A DNA stretch of 64,000 bases from Dehalococcoidia bacterium. GTDB lineage: Bacteria > Chloroflexota > Dehalococcoidia > Lucifugimonadales > VXLM01. Below are positions 29,993-40,305 of this stretch, one piece after another. Each line of letters opens with the position of its first letter. The stretch's first letter is position 1. The position numbers and the translations under genes were made by a program. Location of the stretch: positions 310,001 to 374,000 of the forward strand of contig OY759598.1 of NCBI GenBank assembly GCA_963662435.1, read 5' to 3'. Below the pieces are notes generated by a model. It ran no database searches and was not told where the DNA came from. It saw only the letters and a list, made by a program, of their open reading frames with translations.

Positions 29993-31549
29993 TCACTCCG
30001 AGTCCACGTAAGTAACCGTAATCTCAACGTTGGTAAGGACGGGCTGATTGCCAACGTCAACCACAGGAGGCTTCCTTCGGACCTCGATCTCATTGACTCC
30101 CTTGCGGAGTGGCGGGCTGTCGATGTCGTATTGAAGTCCCATCACGCCTTCAAGAGAGGGCCACGCGTTACCTCCACTCACCGTTATCTCTCGGCCCGTG
30201 CCCCATGCGAACAGTTCACCGTTGAGGAGGATGTCAAACCGGTCTTCCGGCGCGACGTGATCAACGGTGACGCCGAGCGTGCATCGCCCCAACGTCCCCT
30301 CGCTGCTCACCGCCGCGACATCGTCAGCGACCTCAATCCTGACGACTGTCCCCTGGCCGGTTGACGTTTCCCTGAGCATAACCGGCATTTGGGCTGCGGG
30401 AACTGCGTTTCTGAACGCGCCTCCGTGTCCGCCATACTGGATCCGGTCAGCGTGATCCGCCTCGTAGCGTTTCGCCGAGTGCTTGAGATTGGCAGGGTCT
30501 GCCAACTTTGGAATGGTCCGTCTTATCCACGACGGAGGCAGGTGAAAGTAGTTGTACAGGTAGATGCCATCTACGCCTGACTCCCAATAGCGGTAGGCTG
30601 CGGCTTGCAGCGCGCTGTCATGGACGAGCGGACGGAGGCCTTCGAGACAGCCATACACGGCGCACCCGGTCCCGCGGGCTTCCTCGACGAACTCCCGGAT
30701 GGGCATTTCAAAGGGTATCCAGCCAACACCCGCGACTACCGTGTCCACGAGACCGTCCTTCATCCACTTTGGCACGTCCAACCCCATGGTTGCCGAGTTT
30801 GCGAGCGTCGGGGCTACGCGGACGGCAAGTTTGAGCCGGCGACCGCGCTCTGCGCCTACCTCGTCAAGGCGTCTGCGGACTCGTCGGACGAGGTCGGTCA
30901 TCAGGTAGCGGTTCTGGTAAGCCTCCTCCCGGCGAAACACTCCTGGATGACGGTTGAAGTCCATTTCCACTCCATCGACATCGAACCGCTCGAATACCTC
31001 GGTGATGATTGCATACGCATAGTCGCGCACCTCCGGATAGGCATAGTCCTTGCCCGTGCGGATGTCCCAGTCAATCGTCCCCTCTGGGATACTCTCGCCG
31101 GGTCGGCCAATCAGCAGGTGGGGATTCTCCTGGCGGTACCTGCCGTACTCAGGCGCGTACGTCTCCGTATAGGGGGGCGCATGGTAGGCGTAATGACTGT
31201 TCATCCTGACGCGGGGAAGGAACTCAACGCCAAGTTCCCGGCATACGGAAGAGATCACCGTAAGAGGCCCGCTCCCCGACTCCGTCAGGTGCCTGACGTT
31301 CTGAGCTATTCGCCTCGATCCCTCCGTGAGATCCGAGAGTTCGTATCCGTCTCCAACGATCTCGCCGATCTCCGTCTCATAGTGATAGATTTCATGGTCA
31401 CCCACCGACCACCACAGGGCGGTCGGCAAGCCCTCAAAGGGGCGTACCATTCTCTCCCTGACGATTTCCTGCGTAATCGGTGGATCCTCGCTCAAAATCC
31501 AACCGTCGTCCGTGAAGATGATGGGCTGGTTGGTAATTCCATCCGGCAT
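29993..31549 (-). CDS. GHL10/DUF187-like TIM-barrel protein, paralogue type B
   Basis: IFTDDGW, LWWSVGDHEIYHYETEIGE, DVDGVEMDFNRHP shared with 20037-21644. Confidence 0.72.
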   Translation of the reverse strand: MPDGITNQPIIFTDDGWILSEDPPITQEIVRERMVRPFEGLPTALWWSVGDHEIYHYETEIGEIVGDGYELSDLTEGSRRIAQNVRHLTESGSGPLTVISSVCRELGVEFLPRVRMNSHYAYHAPPYTETYAPEYGRYRQENPHLLIGRPGESIPEGTIDWDIRTGKDYAYPEVRDYAYAIITEVFERFDVDGVEMDFNRHPGVFRREEAYQNRYLMTDLVRRVRRRLDEVGAERGRRLKLAVRVAPTLANSATMGLDVPKWMKDGLVDTVVAGVGWIPFEMPIREFVEEARGTGCAVYGCLEGLRPLVHDSALQAAAYRYWESGVDGIYLYNYFHLPPSWIRRTIPKLADPANLKHSAKRYEADHADRIQYGGHGGAFRNAVPAAQMPVMLRETSTGQGTVVRIEVADDVAAVSSEGTLGRCTLGVTVDHVAPEDRFDILLNGELFAWGTGREITVSGGNAWPSLEGVMGLQYDIDSPPLRKGVNEIEVRRKPPVVDVGNQPVLTNVEITVTYVDSE

Positions 31550-31727
31550 TTGCTGGTTCCTTTTGGTTCAACTTGCGTGCGGTCGGGTGGGTGGTCATTG
31601 TAGCGGAATCGAGTGCTCCTCGCGCGTTGGGGAGCACCGTTGACTTCTTGAAGAGAGAAGAGCCACGATAATCGAGAGACAGGCCAGGGGGTCGGCCGAT
31701 TCAAGAGTGCAGCCATCACGGAGTAGT

Positions 31728-32267
31728 ATGACGAGCGTGAAGCCCTTTCTCGATACCGACCGGGTCATCATCCGCGAGTGGCAGGCGGAAGACTGGCGTC
31801 TCTTACTGCCGATGTCGCTCGACCCTGACGTGATGCAGTACATCGGCCGCTACCAGCCATGGACTGAAGAGGAGACTCTGCGATTCGTCACCAATCGCAT
31901 GGTCGACTATCAGCAATACGGTTGGACCATGTGGCCTCTGATTCTCAAGGAGACCGGCGCTTTTATCGGCTACTGCGGATTCTTGCGCCGTGAGTACGGC
32001 CGGTACAAGGGAGATATCGAGATCGGCTATGCCCTCGCAAAGGACGCGTGGGGCAGGGGATTGGCGGCGGAGACGGGCGCGAAGATTCTCCAGTACGGAT
32101 TCGAGATACTCGGTTTCGAGCGCGTCATCGCAAGTGCGAGGCCGGAGAATGCTCGGTCCATCCGGGTGACAGAGAAGATGGGAATGCGTTTCATCGGCCT
32201 CTCGCTCAACGACAAGGGAAGGCCCGTTCCTCACTACGCCATCGAGAACTTCGACGGCGCTGAGTAG
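31728..32267 (+). CDS. GNAT acetyltransferase, RimJ/RimL family
   Basis: FIGYCG, EIGY.L...AWGRGLA.E, N.RS.RV.EK.GM. Confidence 0.88.
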   Translation: MTSVKPFLDTDRVIIREWQAEDWRLLLPMSLDPDVMQYIGRYQPWTEEETLRFVTNRMVDYQQYGWTMWPLILKETGAFIGYCGFLRREYGRYKGDIEIGYALAKDAWGRGLAAETGAKILQYGFEILGFERVIASARPENARSIRVTEKMGMRFIGLSLNDKGRPVPHYAIENFDGAE

Positions 32268-32420
32268 CCTAACTTCGTCACCGATCAACTGCTTCCGTTG
32301 GCGCCACCCCCGGAACGCGGAGGCCTCGAAAGTTCAGCCTGACTGGGGTAGAATTGTGGGCGACCTGAAGATTGGCGTACCATTCCCTCTCGGACAAAAC
32401 CAAGGAATGAAAGCAGGACA

Positions 32421-33341
32421 ATGCTGAACGGAAATATCAAAGGCGTCGTCGTACCGACGGTTACTCCCCTCACCCCGGACGAGCGAATAGATGTCCCGTC
32501 GCTTCGTAGACTGGTCAACTTCCTCATCGACTCCGGCGCACATGGCATTTGGGCTGCTGGCACGACGGGCGAGTTCGCCGCGCTGGAGGACGATCAGCGC
32601 CTTCTGGCAATTGAAAAGACGGTAGAGGAGGTCAACGGGCGGGTCCCGGTCATTGGCAACGTTTCGGCTCCGGGCACGAAAATCGCCATCGGCTTGGCGA
32701 AGGCCCTGGCGGAGTGCGGACTTGACGGCGTTGCCGCGACGCCGCCCTATTACTACCTGCACGACCAGGGCGAGATAGCCGACCACTTTAGGGCCATCAG
32801 AGACGCCGCCTCCCAGCCGGTGTGGATCTACAATATTCCCATCACCGTCAAGCTCGTCGTGGAGCCGGCCACGATGGCGAACCTTGCAGCGGAAGGCACG
32901 ATTGTCGGTCTGAAGGACTCATCGGGATCGGGCGAGCCTTTCGCAGAACTCGTGTCGCTCTGCAATCGCAACGGGGCTGACATGTACCGATTCCTCGGGT
33001 CCGTCTACCGGTCCACCATGACCAAGTCATTGGGCGCGCATGGCATCATACCTGGCTCGGGGAACGTAGCGGTCGCCGCCCTCTCGCGTGCGTGGGAGGC
33101 CGGTGAGGAGGGAGACTCCGAGAAAGCCAATGAACATCTTGGCCAGGCCATCGCTGCAGGGAGGGTGACGGGACTCGCCAAGGCGGGCGGAAGAAATGCC
33201 GCGACGTCTTCGGGACTCAAGTCGAGCCTGAAGATCATGGGAATCATCGACCACGATACGGTGTCGGCGCCCATGCGCTCCCTGTCCGAAGAGGAGAAGG
33301 ACCAGATTCCGGGAATCCTGCGTGAGGCAGGGCTGCTCTAG
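32421..33341 (+). CDS. DapA/NanA-family (class I aldolase) protein
   Basis: GTTGE, PPYY, IYNIP, GLKDSSG Schiff-base lysine. Confidence 0.88.
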   Translation: MLNGNIKGVVVPTVTPLTPDERIDVPSLRRLVNFLIDSGAHGIWAAGTTGEFAALEDDQRLLAIEKTVEEVNGRVPVIGNVSAPGTKIAIGLAKALAECGLDGVAATPPYYYLHDQGEIADHFRAIRDAASQPVWIYNIPITVKLVVEPATMANLAAEGTIVGLKDSSGSGEPFAELVSLCNRNGADMYRFLGSVYRSTMTKSLGAHGIIPGSGNVAVAALSRAWEAGEEGDSEKANEHLGQAIAAGRVTGLAKAGGRNAATSSGLKSSLKIMGIIDHDTVSAPMRSLSEEEKDQIPGILREAGLL

Positions 33342-33441
33342 AATATTCCCCTGTATCGTTGCGAATCAGCGCGCATTAAGTGGTATAATCAATCGGGCGC
33401 GTCAAATGACCCGCCCGATCTGTTTTGGAGAAAAGAGATAA

Positions 33442-33630
33442 TTGGCACACGTTACACTCCGTGATGGAGAAGACGGCGACCAGCTTCTGAAGCGGTTCCA
33501 GACCCAGATGCAGAGGTCGGGAATCCTGCGTGAGCTGCGAAACAGAAGGTTCTTCCGTTCGAAGGGAGAACAGAAGCGCCTCGACAAGTCCCGGAGTCTC
33601 CGCCGAATCCGCCGCCGCCGCAATCGCTAG
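33442..33630 (+). CDS. rpsU: 30S ribosomal protein S21
   Basis: V.LRDGE..DQLLKRF...Q.SGILRE, basic C-terminus; TGGTATAAT promoter at 33381-33389. Confidence 0.9.
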   Translation: MAHVTLRDGEDGDQLLKRFQTQMQRSGILRELRNRRFFRSKGEQKRLDKSRSLRRIRRRRNR

Positions 33631-33995
33631 CACCCCATCCGGCGGAAATTGAGCCCCTTGACCGTTTCTCAACATCGCTTCATTCGCGCTGTTTCTATTT
33701 TGCCGCGCATTGCCTCACAGGACATTTCCCGGGGTTATTGTATCCATCACCCTAACCCCCACGTGCGCCTAGACGTTATTGCTGGTACGATGCCGAGTAT
33801 CCCGGCAAGTGAAATCACCTAGCGTTCGAACTAGGCGAATGAATCCGACCAAAGTGTTCATTTGCATACGTCCGTGACGGGCCGGGCATGCTGTCGACAA
33901 GCTCGATATTTTACTCCAAGGTCCGTTTCCGTTCGCCCCGCCCAGTCTGAAGAGTTGCGGGCCTGAAACGATCTTGGGAAAAAGGGGGACAGCCG

Positions 33996-35699
33996 GTGGT
34001 CATCCGCCGGTTCTTGCCGTTTGCCTTCCTGGTCGCGGTCATCGTCTTGGCCGTGGCCTGCTGGAACACGCGCTCCTCAGACAGCCCCGCACCAGCAACC
34101 CCAACCGCTGCAGATGCGGCCACATCCGCACCCCAACCCAGTGCTACTCCAACGCCAACGCCGAGTCCGTCGACGGCCAGTCAGCCCCCCGACCCGACAC
34201 CAATCGTGATCGTCCTTCCGCCTTCGATTCAGACGGTCATTGTGCTGGCCACGCCGACCCCACAGCCTACTCCCAGAACCACCCCTCAACCTACTGCCAC
34301 GTTCACACCCACGCCGACGCCGGCTCCTCCAGCTACGCCCACTCCGACCCCTGATGCACGCCGTTTTCCGATAATCACGATCGCCAGTCCAACTCCAACT
34401 CCGTCGCCGACCTCTACTGTCACCCCTGTTGTTACACCAGTTCCGGAAGGAACACCGGCAGTCGCCAGTCCCACTGTAGAGCCCGAGTCGACCACACCGA
34501 CAGCCGTTGAAACGCCTGAAACCGCGGTCCCGGAAGACTCAACGTCAGGTACGCCGACAGTTACACCGGAGACCGTGACTGTGACCTCGACCCCAATACC
34601 GACTCCGAGTCCCACCCCGACTCCCCAGCAGGTTGAGACGCCCGTCACGACCATCGTGCCGGAGTCAACTCCATCACCTACACCTACGCAGACCCCGACA
34701 CCTACAACCACATCCACCCCGACGCCAACGCCTGAACCGACGGCGACTCCCACTCCCAACGGACTCACGGCATCGGAGATATTCACTCTTGTGCGCCCTT
34801 CGGTCGTTCATATTGCGATAACCGAGAGCCTGGAAATCGGCCCTGGGGTGAGTCCGCCCGGCGCCGATCTGGTCGGAACCGGCATCGTGCTCGATCTGCG
34901 TGGGCACATATTGACGAGCAATCACCTGGTGGAGAACGCCGAGACCATAATCGTAACTCTGCACAGCGGACAGAGCTTCTTCGGCGAACTTATAGGAGGC
35001 GACGTCCAGACCGACGCAGCGATCATAAAGGTCGCCTCGGAAGGACTCGAACTGCAGCCGGCGACCCTGGGAGATTCGACCGAGTTCGTGGTTGGTCAGA
35101 ACATACTGGCAATCGGATACGCTTTCGCACTGCCCGGCGACCCCATCATCACAAATGGCATTGTAAGCGCCATCGGGGTCTCCGCACCCGCGAGCCCGCA
35201 ACTGACGATTGTCGACATGGTGCTTCACACAGCACCGATAAACGAGGGAAACAGCGGGGGCCCCTTGGTGAACGATCGCGGCGAGGTTGTGGGCCTCAAC
35301 ACGGCCGTCATAGTGGAGACCCGTGGCATCGGCTTTGCCGTCAACATTAACGATGCACAATTCATATCAGACCAACTCATCGAATTCGGTGAGGTCCGCC
35401 GCGGCTCCCTCGGCATCACACCGCTAAATGTTTCGGCGGAGCTGATCATTCAACTGGGAATTTCTCTGCCCCATGACGTTCGTGCGGGCGTGCTCGTGGC
35501 CGACGTTCTTGAAGACTCATCCGCGGAACAAGCAGGCATGAGACGCGGCGACATAATCGTAGGCATCGATCGCGATGTGGTTACCAATTCCGGTCAGTTG
35601 TCGAGATTCTTCCTCAGGCATCAACCGGGCAGTTTGGTTCAGATAAGCTACTATCGAGGGTTGGAGCTGAGAACGGTCGAAGTTACGCTGGGTGAGTGA
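33996..35699 (+). CDS. HtrA/DegP-like serine protease with PDZ domain and long Pro/Thr-rich N-terminal linker
   Basis: TSNH, D, GNSGGPL catalytic triad; C-terminal PDZ; lipobox-like LAVAC. Confidence 0.9.
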   Translation: MVIRRFLPFAFLVAVIVLAVACWNTRSSDSPAPATPTAADAATSAPQPSATPTPTPSPSTASQPPDPTPIVIVLPPSIQTVIVLATPTPQPTPRTTPQPTATFTPTPTPAPPATPTPTPDARRFPIITIASPTPTPSPTSTVTPVVTPVPEGTPAVASPTVEPESTTPTAVETPETAVPEDSTSGTPTVTPETVTVTSTPIPTPSPTPTPQQVETPVTTIVPESTPSPTPTQTPTPTTTSTPTPTPEPTATPTPNGLTASEIFTLVRPSVVHIAITESLEIGPGVSPPGADLVGTGIVLDLRGHILTSNHLVENAETIIVTLHSGQSFFGELIGGDVQTDAAIIKVASEGLELQPATLGDSTEFVVGQNILAIGYAFALPGDPIITNGIVSAIGVSAPASPQLTIVDMVLHTAPINEGNSGGPLVNDRGEVVGLNTAVIVETRGIGFAVNINDAQFISDQLIEFGEVRRGSLGITPLNVSAELIIQLGISLPHDVRAGVLVADVLEDSSAEQAGMRRGDIIVGIDRDVVTNSGQLSRFFLRHQPGSLVQISYYRGLELRTVEVTLGE

Positions 35700-35731
35700 A
35701 CACGCGAGCAGGATTAAGGAAGGAGCAACAG

Positions 35732-36325
35732 ATGAGTGAAGATTCCATTGTCGGTACGGTGCACTGGTCGGGTGAACACTGGATCAACTACCTCAGACGG
35801 CCCGGAGAAGCTGAGGATAGCGGGAGCTTCAGCCTCTATTACACGCGATACAGTTCCGCGGGAGAGGGGACGGTGGCGTTCGTAACAATTCCCGACGCCG
35901 GGATCGATGGCGTCTACTACGACAACGCCGAACTGGCGGAGTGGACCATTGAGAACATGGTCCGCGGGAGAGGAAACCAGTTCGACCGCGAGATGCCCAT
36001 CTTCGAGGCGCGACTAACGAGGGCAGGAGACGTGCGAACGCAACCCTCATGGAGCGTGGAAGTGGGCGGACGCAAGGTTGTTTCCTCCTGGAAAGTTACC
36101 GATCCCGCCGTGATCCACTGGGGACCGACTCCCTCCGGTACGGAGAACATGCACATCTTCTCGCTGCTGTATTTCACCTACGAGACGGAGCTGGCCGTCG
36201 ACGGTGCGGCGGTGGAGGGCAGACCGTACTCGCGCGATATCTGGCGTACGTCCATCGGGGGCGATAGGAGCTCATGCGTCTTCGCGCTCGCGGAGACAAC
36301 GATTAGTCTGGGCGTAGATAGCTAG
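35732..36325 (+). CDS. Hypothetical protein
   Basis: AAGGAG RBS, typical codon usage, no recognised motif. Confidence 0.7.
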   Translation: MSEDSIVGTVHWSGEHWINYLRRPGEAEDSGSFSLYYTRYSSAGEGTVAFVTIPDAGIDGVYYDNAELAEWTIENMVRGRGNQFDREMPIFEARLTRAGDVRTQPSWSVEVGGRKVVSSWKVTDPAVIHWGPTPSGTENMHIFSLLYFTYETELAVDGAAVEGRPYSRDIWRTSIGGDRSSCVFALAETTISLGVDS

Positions 36326-36368
36326 CCTCTGCGACAGAAAAGTCCGCGATCCTAAACTGAACGAAGCA

Positions 36369-37190
36369 CTAGAGCGCTGGCCGTCGCCAGTCGGTGCCCT
36401 CGGATAGGTGAAGGAACTCCTCGTGCAGGCTTGCATTCGACGCGATGATCCCGTCGCTGTAGAGCGTGGCCCTGTTGCCGTTGCGGTCGGTGATGACGCC
36501 GCCCGCCTCTTCGATTAACAGGATGCCCGCCACCATATCCCAGGGGGAGAGGCGGTGCTGGAAGTACAGGTCGGTGCGGCCCGCAGCGGCGTACGAGATA
36601 CCCAGCGCCGACGAGCCGAGTGCCCTCACCGTGCCCATGTTCGGCCAGATCGCCTGGGCCAGCATGTCAAGCTCGTAGCGCGCTCCCACGTCGCTATAGG
36701 GAAGATCGAATCCGATGATGCAGCCTTCGAGCTCGGTCCTCTCCGAAACGTGGATTCGCTTCCCGTTCAGGTAGGCGCCGTTGCCGCGTTCAGCCTCGAA
36801 TAGGTCCTCCCTCTCAGGGTCGTAATTGACCCCCACAAGGACTTCCCCATCCAGCGCGAGACCGACGACCGTAGAGTAGAACGGCAGCCCGCCAGCATAG
36901 TTGCGCGTCCCGTCGATGGGATCGACGATCCACGCATATCCCTCGTCGGCTCGAACGTCATAGGTGCTCTCTTCTCCGACGAGCGTGTGGTCGGGGAATT
37001 CCTCCCGGATGAGCCCAAAGACCATCGCCTCGGTCTGAGTGTCGACCTCAGTGACAATGTCCCCGGGTCCCTTGAACGTGATGTTCTTCTCTTGATCGAA
37101 CCGCTCTCGCGCATAGGCTCCGGCAATCTTGGCCGCCTCACGCGCCACTTCGAGCGCGGCCTTGCCGCTAGTGCCAACGGGAATATTCAT
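36369..37190 (-). CDS. Inositol monophosphatase family protein
   Basis: GEE, WIVDPIDGTRNY, PWDMVAG. Confidence 0.92.
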   Translation of the reverse strand: MNIPVGTSGKAALEVAREAAKIAGAYARERFDQEKNITFKGPGDIVTEVDTQTEAMVFGLIREEFPDHTLVGEESTYDVRADEGYAWIVDPIDGTRNYAGGLPFYSTVVGLALDGEVLVGVNYDPEREDLFEAERGNGAYLNGKRIHVSERTELEGCIIGFDLPYSDVGARYELDMLAQAIWPNMGTVRALGSSALGISYAAAGRTDLYFQHRLSPWDMVAGILLIEEAGGVITDRNGNRATLYSDGIIASNASLHEEFLHLSEGTDWRRPAL

Positions 37191-37411
37191 AGTGTATTTC
37201 TCATGGTTTTAGAATGTGGGCTTGTTCGTCTGACCGCTTCCCATTCTCGCATAGGTTGCCTTGAGGAAATTCCGTTCACCCCCGAATCAGGCACGGGGCA
37301 AGCTCTCGGCTAGTCCAAGGCCGAAAGCACCCTTCAGGGTACGGTAGGTTTACTACTAACGGTCTTTCCTAGCAGCTCTTGGACAGCCTCTCAGAGGGAA
37401 CAGAGCCTTCC

Positions 37412-38230
37412 TCAAAACGAGAACACCATCTCAGAAGTCTTGTGAAGAACCCACTCCTTGTCTTCTTCGGTAAGGAAGGGCAGGTGGGTGCGTACGAGTT
37501 CCACGGCGTTTGCATAACCGCACTTGACCATCACGCCGGGGAAGTCCGTCCCCCACATGAGCCGCTGAGGGCCGTACGCGTCATAAATGCGGCTGGCAAG
37601 GTCGTAGGTGTCGCGAAAGGGGAAGGACTCGCTCGACTTGCCCTGCAGGTTAGATACCTTGACGTACACATTCGGGTATCTCGCCAATCGCAGGGTGGCT
37701 TTTATCAGAGACTCCTGCTGCTCACGGTCGAGGGGCAGACCTCCCAAGTGGTCGAGCAGGATGTTGACGCCGGGGAACATCGCCGCCATGGGCTCGACGC
37801 ATGAATGGTCCTTCGCCGATCCGAGAATGCCGAACGCGACTCCCAGTTCCTGCGCGCGCTCCCACAGGGGCCACCTATCCCTGCCGTGGAAGTCGGCGAG
37901 GTCATCCTCCCAGCCAAGTTCGAGCCGGAGGCCGGAGAATCGGTGCTCACGGACCAGCTCCTCCAGCCGATCGGGACCGTCGGAAGAAGTGGGTTCGACC
38001 AGCCCGAGGGCGGTGAAGCGGTCCGGGAAACGCTCGATGCAGTGCGCGAGATACCGGTTGTCCCAGGAGTAGACTCGCGGCTGTACGATGACCGCCTTGT
38101 CCACGCCCGCTTCGTCCATCAAGGGAAGCAGGTATTCCACGGAAGCGGGCCTGGCAGGCTTGCCCCCAGCGACATACGGGAAGAGGCTCTCATCGTCGGC
38201 GTATACGTGCAGGTGGGAGTCAATAATCAT
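37412..38230 (-). CDS. Amidohydrolase_2 family protein (possible lactonase)
   Basis: IIDSHLH, LDHLG, VKVS, RLMWGTDFP. Confidence 0.85.
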   Translation of the reverse strand: MIIDSHLHVYADDESLFPYVAGGKPARPASVEYLLPLMDEAGVDKAVIVQPRVYSWDNRYLAHCIERFPDRFTALGLVEPTSSDGPDRLEELVREHRFSGLRLELGWEDDLADFHGRDRWPLWERAQELGVAFGILGSAKDHSCVEPMAAMFPGVNILLDHLGGLPLDREQQESLIKATLRLARYPNVYVKVSNLQGKSSESFPFRDTYDLASRIYDAYGPQRLMWGTDFPGVMVKCGYANAVELVRTHLPFLTEEDKEWVLHKTSEMVFSF

Positions 38231-38267
38231 GCGTGTGACCTCGGTTGTCTTCGGGCGGCATTGTAAC

Positions 38268-39218
38268 TCATCGGGAGACCCTCTCGACCCGCACGTCGTG
38301 GAGGACTTGTAGGACTTCCTCGCGGGTTGGTTGGGCCTCGATGCTGGGTCCTCCTACCTTGAGTCCCGCGCAAGCGACGCCCCATCGAGCTCCCTCGACA
38401 GCGTCCATCCCATTGGCGAGGCAGTGCAGCAGACCTCCGACGAAGGTATCCCCCGCACCGCTGGTGTGCAGCAGGCCGCGCGGCGCGACGCTTGGTATGC
38501 GGGCGGTCTCATTCGGAGTGCCGACCCATGCGCCCTCCGCGCCGCACTTCAGGCCGACGGTGCCGACGCCGCGTTCAAGGAACCAGTCGATGACCTTGAG
38601 CTCCGTGTCGATGCCGATCAGTGCCGACGGCTCATGGGGAAAGCTCGGTGTGACGATGTCGATGTAGGGCAAGAGCTCGTCCATGGCCTCTCGCGCCTCT
38701 GCCATCGAATCCCAGAGGTTGACACGCAGATTGGTGTCGTACGACACGAGAACCCCGGATTCATGGGCGATCCTGACCGCCTTCGAGACTGCCTCGCGGC
38801 AACTCTGCGAGATGCCCTGCGAAATGCCGCTCACGTGCAAAATCCTGGCACCTGCAATATACGCCGGGACAATATCGTCGGGCGTCATGGTGCTTGCGGC
38901 AGCGCCCTTCCGGTAGACGACCTTCGAACCCTCTCCGACCGGCTCGGACGACGAGAATTCCACGGCATTGAAACCTCTCACCTGCCTGGAGTGGGTTGTA
39001 TCGATGCCTCTCTTTCGCCACTCTTTCAGCAAATAGTCGCCCCATGGGTCATCGCTGACACGCGTGATGTACCCGCAGGACGTGCCGAGTCCGTTCGCCA
39101 TCGCGACGACATTAAAAGTATCACCGGAATATACGAGCTCCCACTCCGCCTCCGCGTGAAGCGTCTCGTAGGTGAAAAACTCGATGAAGCACTCGCCAAT
39201 CGAAACGATGTCTACCAT
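38268..39218 (-). CDS. PfkB-family sugar kinase (KDG kinase-like)
   Basis: GD.FN, YDTNLR..LW, TSGAGDTF. Confidence 0.85.
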   Translation of the reverse strand: MVDIVSIGECFIEFFTYETLHAEAEWELVYSGDTFNVVAMANGLGTSCGYITRVSDDPWGDYLLKEWRKRGIDTTHSRQVRGFNAVEFSSSEPVGEGSKVVYRKGAAASTMTPDDIVPAYIAGARILHVSGISQGISQSCREAVSKAVRIAHESGVLVSYDTNLRVNLWDSMAEAREAMDELLPYIDIVTPSFPHEPSALIGIDTELKVIDWFLERGVGTVGLKCGAEGAWVGTPNETARIPSVAPRGLLHTSGAGDTFVGGLLHCLANGMDAVEGARWGVACAGLKVGGPSIEAQPTREEVLQVLHDVRVERVSR

Positions 39219-39345
39219 GCCGCCATCCTACCAGAGCGGAATGGAAGCCGTGGTTCCGGTCCAAACTCTCGCCCATCATAGGGGAGTATCGACGATCGGT
39301 GATGCTGGGGTACACTCAGCACCCTAAACTGAACTTTGGGAGGCT

Positions 39346-40104
39346 GTGATGCCATACGGGACGGGTGATAAGCAATCGAGCACGGAGAGCATTGTCGTCC
39401 TCTTCAAGGGAGGCAGGCTCCCGTCCTGGCACACCCTCACGAAGGCCCAGCAGGACGACTATAGCCAGCAGCATGTCGAGCTCATGCTCGATGTTGCCCA
39501 CACGCACGGGATGAAGACCCTTGAGGGATTCAGGCTCATGGGGGCGAAGCAGTCCTGGGAACGCTTTTGGGTGCTCGAATTCCCAACCCTCGAGGGCGCA
39601 GAGGCGTGGATCGAGGCGGAGATGGCGCCTCCGTACGGCACGTACGGGTTCTATGAGTACCACCTGGCACGCAGGTTCGCGATGGAGTACTTCAACGACT
39701 GGGTGACTCAGCCACGTACCGAAGAAGAGGCAGTGTCTTCGTACGATCCTTCAGATGTCCCGCATCTTGACGTTGACCGGGACAGCTACGTAGTCCTGGA
39801 GTTCGCGCGAATGCTCCCGGAGGCCATTCTTACGCCTGACAGACGGCGGGGCGACAACGAGCATCGAGAGCTGATGAAATCTGTCGCCCGCGAGCACGGG
39901 CTGATCCGTCTCGAGGCGTTCCAACTCATCGCGCCCCAGGCCGAATGGCATCGCGCATACGTGATCGAGGTACCCACCATCGAGGCGGCGGAGGCGTGGA
40001 TGACAGCGGAAATGGTCCCACCCCAGTCGTCCTACTCCAGCAAGACGATGCACTTGTCCCGCCGTTGGTCCCCTCGGTACTTCAAGAGCTGGCTACCGGG
40101 GTAG
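39346..40104 (+). CDS. Hypothetical protein made of two tandem homologous domains
   Basis: Internal repeat H.ELM..VA..HG...LE.F.L......W.R..V.E.PT.E.AEAW..AEM.PP. Confidence 0.75.
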   Translation: MMPYGTGDKQSSTESIVVLFKGGRLPSWHTLTKAQQDDYSQQHVELMLDVAHTHGMKTLEGFRLMGAKQSWERFWVLEFPTLEGAEAWIEAEMAPPYGTYGFYEYHLARRFAMEYFNDWVTQPRTEEEAVSSYDPSDVPHLDVDRDSYVVLEFARMLPEAILTPDRRRGDNEHRELMKSVAREHGLIRLEAFQLIAPQAEWHRAYVIEVPTIEAAEAWMTAEMVPPQSSYSSKTMHLSRRWSPRYFKSWLPG

Positions 40105-40305
40105 GGCACCTGATATTGGCGTAGTGAGTCAGGAGGCCTGTTGCCATGCCCTGCACGTCGATGTGGCAATTGCCAAGTTCGTCTTTTCCTTCTCCAGATT
40201 CTATGCGCTGAAGCAGTATGACAAATGGTCAGCGATTGATTCGATCATGATCTCAAATCTGAGAACAAGATTGGCAGCGTATGCCGATGCGGTGGTGCAG
40301 GGCCG

